A DNA stretch of 64,000 bases from Anolis carolinensis (Eukaryota): contig NW_026943819.1 of assembly GCF_035594765.1 (NCBI RefSeq), positions 17,720,703-17,784,702 of the forward strand, written 5' to 3'. Every line of letters starts with the position of its first letter. The stretch's first letter is position 1. The notes under the pieces were generated by a model. That model was not told the origin of the DNA and did no database searches. It saw only the letters and a list, made by a program, of their open reading frames with translations. The position numbers and the translations under genes are program-made. Shown one piece after another: positions 54,014 to 64,000 of this stretch.

Positions 54014-57000
54014 TCAGCTGCTTTTTGTTTTCACTTTCTTCGCCTGAACCTTGGCTTTTGTGGGAGCTTCAGGCCGCTTCCGGTTGACACCTAAAAGGGA
54101 AGGAAAAAAACTTTCAAAACACTTGTTGGTGCAGGGTTGTTGTATGTTTTCCGGGCTGTATGGCCATGTTCCAGAAGTATTCTCTCCTGACGTTTTGGCC
54201 ACATCTATGGCAGGCATCCTCAGAGGTTGTGAGGTACTGAATGTACAGGCTGACTTATCATTACTGTCATTACCTTCTGAGAAAAGGGTAATTTTACAAA
54301 TTACATTTTACAAATTCAAACTGGAGACTGTTTTCTTTTATCACCTTCAGAGTTTGTGGCTTTATCCTGGTTGTGCAATTCCGATGCTTGAAAATTTAGT
54401 TCCAGAACTCTGAAAAATGGGATCACAGAGATTCCTTCAACTGTCTTTTATTTTAAAACATTTCTGAATTTTTCCAGGCTGTGCTTTGGACAAGCAGAAA
54501 CTGAGAACACAGTAATTCCCAGCACAGATTAGTTACACCTGTGCAACATGCAAGATCTCGGAGTAATAGAACTAATCTAATTTAAAGATTGAAGTCTGGC
54601 TGATGACATCACATTGCAATAGAGCAGTGATTCTCAACCTGTGGGTCCACAGATGCTTTAGCCTCAATGTCCAGAAATCCTACCCGTTGGTAAACTGGCT
54701 GGTGTTTCTGGGAGTTGTAGGCCAAAAATACCTGGGGACTCCAGGTTGAGAACTACTGCAATAGAGGCTGGTGCTATGTGTCTTACTCTTGGCCTGCCCC
54801 TTCCCCTTTGGCCTCTACAAGGAGCTGAACATTGTGCTGCACTTCTGGACTGAGTGTGGTTGTCTTCTGTCTCTTCCTTGGACAGAAATGAGCACAGGTG
54901 GCATTTTTATCTCTTTGTCACAAGACATTATTCAGCCTCTTCTATCAGTAGGACTGCTCTGCAGTGACTCACATTAACATGTGGAGCAGGACCTTTGGAA
55001 GATAACTAAATCATTTTTTTTCGTTTAAAGTATATATAGTATATAAAAATATACCTCCAGCTGATTTTAAAACAAGGGGTGAAAAGTATGATGCTTCTCA
55101 ACCTGAATCATCTGTGTTTTGTCTTCTATCAGCCAAATGTTGACAAAGCTGAACAGCAAAGCCAATCTATTCTACATGGTCAGTGCTGGCCCTAACTTTC
55201 ATTCCGGACATGAGCTGAGGGTCATAAGGGCATTGAAGTCTGAAAACTGCCTCTTAACCTTTTTTCTGGCTGACTTTATCCTTTGCTTGGATAACCAGGT
55301 TTGGTGACCGCCGTGCATATGCTGCTTTCATCCGTTCCAGATTCCTCTTGTAGACTTTTTCATGCTCAACAATGGGCTTAGGATAGTCTTGGCCAATGAT
55401 GCAGCCGGCACGTTCCTGCAGGCTCCTTGGCGCTTTCCACGGCTCATATATATAGTCATTGGGGAACTTCCGCAAGAAGGGGAGATACTTCCTGTGCAAA
55501 GGGAGAAATCAGAGGAAAGAGCTTGTGACTAAAGGAAATGCCACACTATCAGATCATCTGCACAGACCCAGCTGAATATTTCCCTTGTTATCTTAAATAC
55601 TAATAGTTGGCAATTTTGAGAGCATGCAATATCTGAGCTCCAGGGACAGAGCCTAAAATTCCACAAGATATAATACCTTGTTTGGAACCAACACAGGGAT
55701 TTTTGGTGTACAGCAATATAAAAAAATATTCTAATTAAAACAGTTTTATTTATTTCTCAGTACATCTCAGTTGGTTCTGCTCTGCTCATATGCCCCTCAA
55801 GACAGATAAAAAGTTGCATGTACCTGGCCCACTTTTACCCTCACTTTTATGTATTCTTACTTTATATACTCTCCATTTTTGTCAGTTTTTTTGCCAAAGG
55901 TGACTGGTGAGTAGACCCGGAAGAACTGGTGGAAAAAGGCACTTGCCGAAAGCCACTGCCAGTTGGCAGCATTCAAGGACCAATCTGCATCCAGCAACAG
56001 TTCTTCAAAGACCTAAAATAGGACAGTTTGGAAAACTTAATATCTCTGGGGATGGGTAGGATTGTACAAATGTTAATGGAGCATCAGTTTTCCCACCACT
56101 GAGCCACTTCGCCTCCCTCAAAAAAAATTTCAAAGCTGTTTTTGGGGCGACCTGATCCACACACTGCTCATTATTTTCCTGGCCAATTGCGTTGGCAATT
56201 AAAGCAGCTTTCCCATGCTCATAGATAGGATTCAGAGCTCTAGAGCTCACATGATGGTATCCAGCTTGCTTTTTACCTTTTGACCTTCCTCCCATGATAT
56301 CCAGAGGTCTCCCCGTGTCAGGAAACAAGCCACAGCGTGCCGTGCTAAATGATGGATCCAGCCTTCTGTGCGCAGCTGTGTCATGATGGCATCTATAAAA
56401 GGGTAGCCAGTCTGACCCTGCCAGCAAGAAGGGAGTTAAAGCTCAGGGATGTGAGTAGTGGTTTTAGGTTATACTTTCCAGTTCTTTAAGCAACATCTAG
56501 CAATTACTACATAGTAAAGAGTAATGTGTTTAGCCTGCTGGAAAAGAAGGGAATCAGCCACTCCATAAATGTTTATGCATGTTTTCTGTTATATCCATGT
56601 TACGAAGCATAACAAACCTCACGCCATGCTCTCAGGTACTCCTGGTTATTGTCCCAATCCACTTGCACACAAACCGGATTGTTCTCCATTCGGTCAAAGT
56701 TGGGGATCCCTGCTCCTGCCGTGTAGAAAAACTCTCGCCACAGAAGCTGCCCATGTAAAGAGACTGGGGGGTCTGAGTGTTTCCTCTAGAGAAGTGTAGC
56801 GGAGAAAGACTGGTTATTTTTGCTTCTGTTATTTCAGAGAGTTAAGGAAAAAGCACAATTGCACAGTATACTCGAGTTGTATAAAGTCATACAAGGTTGT
56901 GGCCCAGTCCAGGAAGACCATACGATTCTACTGGTCAGGTAACACAATTGTCAATTTGTATTTTTAAAATTAAGTACAGTTCCAAGGTTTAACCTGTTCA

Positions 57001-60000
57001 TGCCTCTGACTTTACTGGATAGCTTAAGCATGCAGTATCAGAAATTAGTTGCCTGCAACCTAAAAGTTTCTATAATAACCTTTTGCTGGCAACATTCCCT
57101 ATTTAAAGGGGATATACTATAGAATTGAAAAAATTCCCTTCTTACCCCCTGGTAGACTTCTGCCAGTTTCCACCAGAACATCCGCACAGAGAGGCACCCA
57201 AACTTGATGTAGGGGCTGAGCACTGTGGTGCTGGGAGTCAAGGAATTGGGGTGCGTTTCAGGCTTCTTAAAGTTGCATACCCATGACTGCCGATTTTAAA
57301 AAAGTGAAAGGAGTGTGACATTTACAATCCAACTTCTTCTCCATGACATAGTCCTACCTGAGGCATTCTGCCACTTTCTTAATGGGTAATGGATTTGTTG
57401 GCTTTCAAAATGTCCCGCTTTACTATCTGCAACTTTTGATTCTATGCTAATTTAGAGCTATTTCATGGTATCAAAAATGAACAAAGAACATATTAGAGAC
57501 ACAAAGGAGTTTCTCAGGGGAGTGCTTAGGTGGCGGTAGAAGTTGAATACAATCTCTAGGAAACAGTCATGCAGACATGAAGTGAAATCTGCACAAGAAG
57601 AGTAAAATCAAGTTTTATTCATTCAAAATACTATGAATTTTGTAGAATAAAAGGCCACAGAATTAGAGAGCGATGCACAAAGACGTACACAGCACACAAA
57701 TCCAGGATGCACTGCTGCATCTACTGAGTGCTGCAGTCCTCTGAGGAAGCCTTTATTGCTTGTGATGGTAATATAGCATTGAAGTGGGAGCCAATATTTG
57801 GGGTGTTGAGTTCAACATGCCCACCTTGACTTTAAGTCTGTAAATGCAAGAATCAATTTCTAAACAGAACCTCTGAATTCTTTTTTCCTGCTTCTCAGGT
57901 GGCAGAACGTAATACAAATATACCAAATAGTTTAGCTGTATATGCTATATTATTAAAATAGTGATGTGAAAATTAATAAAATATTTCAATAGCGTATTCA
58001 CCAAAAAGCCCATTCCCCCTTCCAAAACAAAAGCTGAGGAAAAGCTACCTCCCCCCCTTTCCCAATTTCTGGAAAGTTTGCATCACCAAATACATAAAAG
58101 ATTGACTGGTGAAACACAATAGATGTTTCCATCAATTGTACCGTTCTCTTCATATGTAGGTCAAGACGAGCAAGGGCCTCTGTTTCTCCTCCTGGATAAA
58201 GGTGAGGGCCAGCAGTTTTGGGGTCTTGTCCAAGTTCCTCATAAGAAGGGGTGCCATATTCCAGATCATGATCCTCTTTAACAGGTGTACAGCAATCTAA
58301 ACAGAAACTGGCTCTATTAACTTGAAAATCTATATTTTATAGCCTCTCTACTGGATTGCGTTCCCCTTAGCTGAGTTAACCTCCCTAGTCCATGATAGTT
58401 CAATATAAAAAAACATTAACAAAACTCTTTCCCCATAAGTAATAACTGGCACTTGCTTTCAAATGTCTTCACCGGAGACAAATCTGATAGGCTATATAGG
58501 ATTATATAGCTTAATGTGTGATCCCTGATTGACTTAGATCTCTTATCTTGAAAGGATAAGAAGTAGGGACAACGGAGAGAGTGATGAAATTGATATAATA
58601 ACAAGCAGTGAAAACGCAAGACTGGATAGAAATGATATTTCCACAATGAAAAACTGATTTGATAAATAGCATAAAAATATGCTGTTTTATCTCTAAAATA
58701 AGAACACAATTTTCATTGTAGTTCTAATAATCAGATTATTTTTTCCTTGTATCCTGTGCTATTTCAGCTTTATCTAATGCATTTATACCCACATTTTTCA
58801 TTTAGATACAAACTATGTTCATTAAGAATTATATCAATATGTTAACATTTCTATGAAATTAAGAATCCTTCAAATGAGGAGGAACTGGTTATTGGTCAAT
58901 AAAATAATTCAATTTGTACACCCAAGAAAATTTCCCACCATTTTTCGGATTATTTGCAATCATCTAGAAGAGGAATAGTGATATAATGATAAAGTAAGAC
59001 TGGCAAATACAAATTGCCAAAAGAAGGAGATTGAACAAAAAAATTAACTCCTTAATGTCCAAGCTGGTTAAAAGAGAGAATGATAACAAGTAGAGACAGC
59101 CATCCATATCCACAGGTTCTGCATTCATGGATTCAACAAGTCATGGCTCAATATTTGGAATTAAAACTCCCAGAAGCAAATCTTGATTTTCCCATTGGAC
59201 ATTCCTGCACTTACCCTTCATATCTTCCAGCTTGGGAGCTGGAACGGGTTGTTTTGGCGGACCGAGTGAAGCCACGAGTGTCTGTAGCCGTGTGTAAGTC
59301 AGAGGCGCTTTACCACTGTTTTCAACAATAATTCTGCAGAAGATAAAGACATTATGTCCAGTAATGTCCAACTGTGGAAGCCTCCTATGCGGCATGCACC
59401 TCTAAGGCTCCTTGCTCACCGTCACTCACCTTTCAGTGTCATACAAAGTGTGGGATACTTTCTGAATGACCTGGACCCCATGTTCAGCTGCCAGCCTCAC
59501 AACCTCTGCATCCCGTCGTCTTGCGTAGGGTTCTGTGTCGACTTCAAACGCAAGCCGGGTCACTTTCCATTTCGTAAACAGTTCCGGGAACACCTCTGCA
59601 GGGCGACCACGGACGACAAACAGCCTGAGGAGTCATGGCCACATTTGAATATCAAGATACACATCAGAAGAATGAGAAGGCATCAAAGACTATATCAGAC
59701 TCTCCGGTCAAACAATACTGAAAATATTCATGGTGGAAGGTTTTTCTTTCAGTGTGATGCGATTTCAATGTTGATCTAGAACTCCAGCAAACCAGGGCTT
59801 GAGTCCCTACTCAGACACAGAAATGCCATGTGTGATCTAGAACTCATCACACTCTCACAGCCTCAAAGGAAGGGGATGGGAAACTTAGGGTGATTCCCAT
59901 TATTCAGATTAAGTCAAAGCCAGCTTGAAATATATAGCAACAAAGCAGGTTTTACATCAATATTTGGCTCAAATATTTCCTAAAGTTGGGGTGATATGAA

Positions 60001-60646
60001 CACATTTTGTGTTGGTTATACAATGAGTAAAGAAAAGTGTGTTGTACAGACCATAGGCTGCGCCTCCTGAGAAAAGTTCAAACCCTCTTGACAGATGGCT
60101 ATCCAGCCTGTGCTTAAAAGCCTCCAGAGAAGACCACTCGTAACGACCTCCATGTCAGACTACACAGAGTCTACACTGCCATATAATCCAGTTCCAAGCA
60201 GATAATCTGGATTTTGAATCCATTACTCCATTGTGTCCTAGTCTCCAGAGCAGCTGAAAACAAACTTGCCCCCTCCTAGTGTTTGTTTTTGTAGGAACAG
60301 ACTTAGAACAGCTACCATCATGGGCAAACTACTTTTCATTATTGATAAGACGTTAATGCTTACGTAATGTTGCACTTGGGTGAAAGTGAATTGTCAGCCA
60401 TTTCCAGGGCAGATGAGTCTATGATACTTGCCTTGAATTCAGTTTCTTGAGGCTTTCATCCAAATCCTTCAGCGATTCAATCAAAAACCTCCAGCGATTG
60501 ATGCTGACCTGCATATTCTTGGGGAACCATGGATCGAGGATAAAGATAGGGTAGATCTCAGCAGAGTTCTTCATTGCCGCTAGCAAGGCAGGGTTATCAT
60601 GGAGGCGAAGTCCTTTGCGGAACCAGTGGATTGAAACGTGCGCCAT
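54014..60646 (-). CDS. (6-4) DNA photolyase (cryptochrome/photolyase family, cry5/6-4 phr type), 10 coding exons, ~531 aa
   Basis: Exons (minus) 60646-60432, 59624-59430, 59333-59215, 58296-58142, 57286-57146, 56785-56618, 56417-56277, 56012-55861, 55491-55259, 54090-54014 in phase (1596 nt; first coding intron GC-AG). Motifs [51 protein letters not shown] (His pair), [47 protein letters not shown]; short basic C-terminal tail rather than a long CRY1/2 tail. Confidence 0.92.
54133..54235 (-). mobile_element. Penelope pLTR fragment close to the last photolyase acceptor
   Basis: Matches 28751-28853; GAAA core changed to AAAA. Confidence 0.8.
54625..54758. mobile_element. ~135-bp hAT-type hairpin MITE
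   Basis: 8-bp TSD CAATAGAG; CAGTGATTCTCAACCT...AGGTTGAGAACTACTG. Confidence 0.75.
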
Positions 60647-60805
60647 CCTAAGACCAACTTAACTTCCCCTTTGTAATGGAAGATCTGCCTAGAAAAAGGG
60701 GAAAAAGTTGTAGACAGAAACGTTGTATGTACTGTAAACTCTCAGATGAGAACCCCCAGAAACCAGCAAAAAAGGCAAAGAAATAATACTTTCCTGGAGC
60801 CTCCA

Positions 60806-60973
60806 TAGATATATAAACCTCTTTTGCCTAGTTTCCAACAGACCTCACAACCTCTGAGGATGCCTGCCACAGATGTCGGCGAAAAATCAAGAGAGAATGC
60901 TTTTGGAACATGGCCACACAGCCAGGAAACACAGCAACCCAGTGTTTCCGGCCATGAAAGCCTTCGACAACAC
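60806..60973 (+). mobile_element. Penelope pLTR fragment in photolyase intron 1
   Basis: Matches 31245-31416 with substitutions. Confidence 0.8.
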
Positions 60974-61210
60974 AATATTACTTCATTGATTACTGCAGCC
61001 ATCATACTGTTTTTATAATGGAACAAATGCTATAGTCCTGGGGATTGTAGTTTGGCACCAGCAGGATTAGGCAGAGAAGAATAAGGACTATAACTACAAC
61101 TTTCACAATTCCATAGATTTGAGCCATGGTGTGAGCACAGCAGTTCAAGTGGTGTCAAACTGCAGTATATTTACAGTGTAGAATGTACATGAACCCCTAA
61201 AAGCCCTTAC

Positions 61211-61500
61211 CTGGGAGTGAGTCCTCTCGCAGAAAGTATCCCAGTTGCAAAGGCCCCAAAACCAGTTAAATTGTGGTTGTTGTTGTTCCTCCTTGTGTAA
61301 CAGAAGCATGCCCAGCCCTCCTCCTGCCCAAGTTACACAAGTCCCATGGCCACGCCTCTCTGCCTTCTCGCCCAATCAAGGAGAGGCGGAAACTTGGCAG
61401 CCACGCCCACGGGGGGGGGCAAGAAGCGGCGGCGCGTGATTGGTGAAGTGCGATTTGGGCCGTCCAATCGGAAGCGGGACTCCCAGCTCGGTCGCCTCTT
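61211..61500 (-). promoter_or_regulatory. Promoter and non-coding first exon of the (6-4) photolyase gene
   Basis: Minus-strand donor CAG|GTAAGG at 61211/61210 pairs with the acceptor at 60689/60688 upstream of the ATG. CpG patch with three CCAAT/ATTGG boxes (~61372, ~61439, ~61464), GCCACGCC KLF/SP sites, and an inverted pair of GTTACACAA D-box-like motifs (61293-61301, 61332-61340). Confidence 0.65.
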
Positions 61501-61940
61501 GTTAAGGGTGAACTGGTGTCAAAGCGGATTTATTCCACGGTGTAGATAGATGCGCCTCAGTCAGCCTCACTGGGGCGAATGGCTGGTGGCGCTGAACGTT
61601 TTCCTCTTCGACCTTCTGTTGTGCAATAACTTCAAGACAGGTTCGAGTTATTATTATCCCTTCTCCAAAAGGGAGCAGAAATTGTTTGGATGTCAGGTTT
61701 TGGAACGTTTGGACCTACCTTGGAAGGTGGGACCATGGCAACTTCTATACTGCCATATAAAATCCAGATTTGCTTGGAACTGGATTATATGGCAGTGTAG
61801 ACTCTGTGTAGTCGGACATGGTGGTTCTTAGAGTGGTCCGGCATTTCTGTGTTCTTAGATAACTCAACCAGAGAAGTCAGCCATAGCAGAGCCCTTGATG
61901 AACCAGCCTGGACACAGCATGTTATTGGAGAACACAGAAA

Positions 61941-62182
61941 TGTCTTGTCGAAGGCTTTCATGGCCGGGATCACAGGGTTGTTGTATGTCTTTCGGGCTGT
62001 GTGGCCATGTTCCAGAAGTATTCTCTCCTGACGTTTCGCCCACATCTATGACAGGCATCCTCAGAGGTTGTAAGGTATGGAATGATGGAGAGAGGATGCC
62101 TCCCATAGATGTGGGCGAAACGTCAGGAGAGAATACTTCTGGAACATGGCCACACAGCCCGAAAGACATACAACAACCCTCT
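61941..62182. mobile_element. Mini Penelope hairpin insertion nested in an older Penelope copy
   Basis: ~88-bp inverted arms; TSD GAACACAGAAA at 61930-61940 and 62183-62193. Confidence 0.8.
62027..62067 (-). ncRNA. Minimal hammerhead ribozyme motif in mini Penelope hairpin
   Basis: Reverse complement has intact cores; another intact-core copy lies at ~62583-62628 (+). Confidence 0.7.
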
Positions 62183-62739
62183 GAACACAGAAATGCTGGA
62201 CCACTCTAACAACCACCATGTCAGACTACACAGAGAAACCACTGAAATCCACAAGCTTATGGACAATTTCAACAGAAAGGAGGAAAACATGAAAATGAAC
62301 AAAATCTGTCTACAAGTATTAAAAACGCTAAAATCAGGACAGTAAATAAAGAACAACACTCAGAAAACAGGGGAATTCCAGACATGAATAAATCAGGCTC
62401 AGCTAACACCTCGCCACAAAGGATTCCCCCAGGCAAGAAGCAGACAGACCTTGAAGCTGCAAGGCTATTCAGTGCTAATCAAAGTGACCAACTGAAACGT
62501 TCACACCTGCCTCAAACAGGCAAGAGTTCTTTCTCCACAGATAAATAAACCCCACTTGCCTAGTTTCCAACAGACCTCACAACCTCTGAGGATGCCTGGC
62601 CTGCCACGGATTTGGGTGAAACGTCAGGAGAGAATGCTTCTGGAACATGGCGAGACAGCCTGGGAGTATTTTGGGTTTCAGGAGAAAGGATGCTTGTTAA
62701 CAGTTTAGGACACGAGCGGGTTACTTTTCAAAAAGTCTT

Positions 62740-62850
62740 TCGAAGGAGAGGGCGTCGCCGGGCAGCTTCCTTCCTCCGAGCCTGCAATCGCTGCTTCCTC
62801 CTCGCCAAACCCGGAAGGCTGCGAGGTCGGGTCCATCTCCAATGGTGAGC
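62740..62850 (+). other. Possible first exon/promoter of the next gene (TIRAP by synteny)
   Basis: Short CpG-rich patch with ETS-like CTTCC/CCGGAAG and donor ATG|GTGAGC at 62844/62845. Identity is inferred only from the mammalian order FAM118B-SRPRA-FOXRED1-TIRAP. Confidence 0.3.
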
Positions 62851-63200
62851 CCCCTCCCTGGCTGTCCCTTTCCAAAACTAGCTTCTACTCTGTTCCTCCA
62901 AAATGCCATCGCTTTGATTATATATATAGATTTTAAAAAATCCCCTTTGCTGCTTATATTTGCTTCCTTCCGCAAATAGGAGACCTGGAACAAGTAACTC
63001 AGGCTGGATCGACACTGCCCTGTAATGCAGTTTCTGCTCCTGTATAATCCAAGTCAAGAGAGTTAATCTGACTTCTGAAACTGCATTTTATGGCCGCCTA
63101 AATCCAGCCTCTGGTCCCTTCTACACTGCCATAGAATCTAGACCATCAAAGCAGAGAAACAATCCATATGATCTGCTTTGAATGGGATTATATGAGTCTA

Positions 63201-63522
63201 GGTAAAGGTAAAGGTTTCCCCTGACGTAAAGTCCAGTCGTGACCGACTCTGGGAGTTGGTGCTCATCTCCATTTCTAAGCCGAAGTGCCGGCGTTGTCCG
63301 TAGACATCTCCAAGGTCATGTGGCTGGCATGACTGAATGGAGCGCCGTTACCTTCCCGCCGGAGCGGTACCTATTGATCTACTCACATTTGCATGTTTTC
63401 AAACTGCTAGGTTGGCAGAAGCTGGAGCTAACACGGGCGCTCATTTCGGTCCCGGGATTTGAACCTGGGACCTTTTGGTCCGCAAGTTCAGCAGCTCAGC
63501 GCTGTAATACACTGTGCCACCA
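63201..63522 (-). mobile_element. Sauria SINE
   Basis: Reverse complement of the 12344-12677 family; TSD GAGTCTA at 63194-63200 and 63523-63529. Confidence 0.9.
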
Positions 63523-63554
63523 GAGTCTACACTGCCATATAAGGGGGACTCCTA

Positions 63555-64000
63555 GCTTGACAGCAGTACGTGTGAAAAAGATCTTGGAGTCCTCATGGAC
63601 AACATGTTAAATATGAGCCTACAATGTGATGTGGCTGCTAAAAAAGCCAAGGGGATTCTGCATAAATAGGGGTATAGCATCTAGATCCAGGGAAGTCATG
63701 CTGCCCCTCTATTCTGCCTTGGTCAGACCACACCTGGAATACTGTGTCCAATTCTGGGCACCACAATTGAAGGGAGATGTTGACAAGCTGGAAAGTGTCC
63801 AGAGGAGGGCAACTAAAATGATCAAGGGTCTGGAGAACAAGCCCTATGAGGAGTGGCTTAAAGAGCTGGGCATGTTTAGCCTGCAGAAGAGAAGGCTAAG
63901 AGGAGACATGATAGCCATGTACAAATATGTGAGGGGAAGTCATAGGGAGGAGGGAGGGAGCTTGTTTTCAGGAGGGAGCCCTGCAGACTAGGACACGGAA
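63555..64000 (+). mobile_element. CR1 LINE ORF2 (RT C-terminal) fragment
   Basis: [27 protein letters not shown]...[16 protein letters not shown]...RRLRGDMI is typical CR1. Confidence 0.9.

Larger units (their letters stand above)
61800..62660 (+). mobile_element. Older Penelope 3' fragment (host of the nested hairpin)
   Basis: Degenerate EN C-terminus ([19 protein letters not shown]) and pLTR sequence. Confidence 0.8.

Noticed and set aside
54014-60646. Circadian cryptochrome (CRY1/2/4) assignment
   Set aside because: The STTVLSPY and [19 protein letters not shown] signatures, absence of the CRY4 Tyr after the third Trp, and short tail fit a (6-4) photolyase better; a phylogeny would confirm this.

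Overview
Vertebrate (squamate reptile, most likely an Anolis-type lizard, judged from Sauria SINEs, Poseidon-type Penelope elements and SPIN/OC1-like hAT MITEs) genomic window with four complete multi-exon genes that I spliced by hand into uninterrupted reading frames: FAM118B (+, SIR2-like, 348 aa), SRPRA (-, SRP receptor alpha, 647 aa), FOXRED1 (+, 487 aa, divergent from SRPRA) and an apparently intact (6-4) DNA photolyase (-, 531 aa, one GC-AG intron, D-box-like motifs). A possible first exon of the next gene (TIRAP by synteny) lies near 62.8 kb. Introns are dense with mobile DNA. The main unusual features are: (i) a very young Penelope/Poseidon insertion in SRPRA intron 9 with an open RT+GIY-YIG frame, a ~796-bp inverted repeat, a 12-bp target-site duplication and minimal hammerhead ribozymes, with two more insertions of the same fold-back design and about 11 hammerhead motifs in total; (ii) a ~1.2-kb minisatellite just downstream of FAM118B exon 1 whose unit carries an RFX X-box nearly identical to the MHC class II X1 box; (iii) two different hAT MITEs stacked in one 8-bp target; (iv) duplicated UPRE+ETS modules in the SRPRA promoter. 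No CRISPR, rRNA or true tRNA genes. All calls are by eye; no searches were run.
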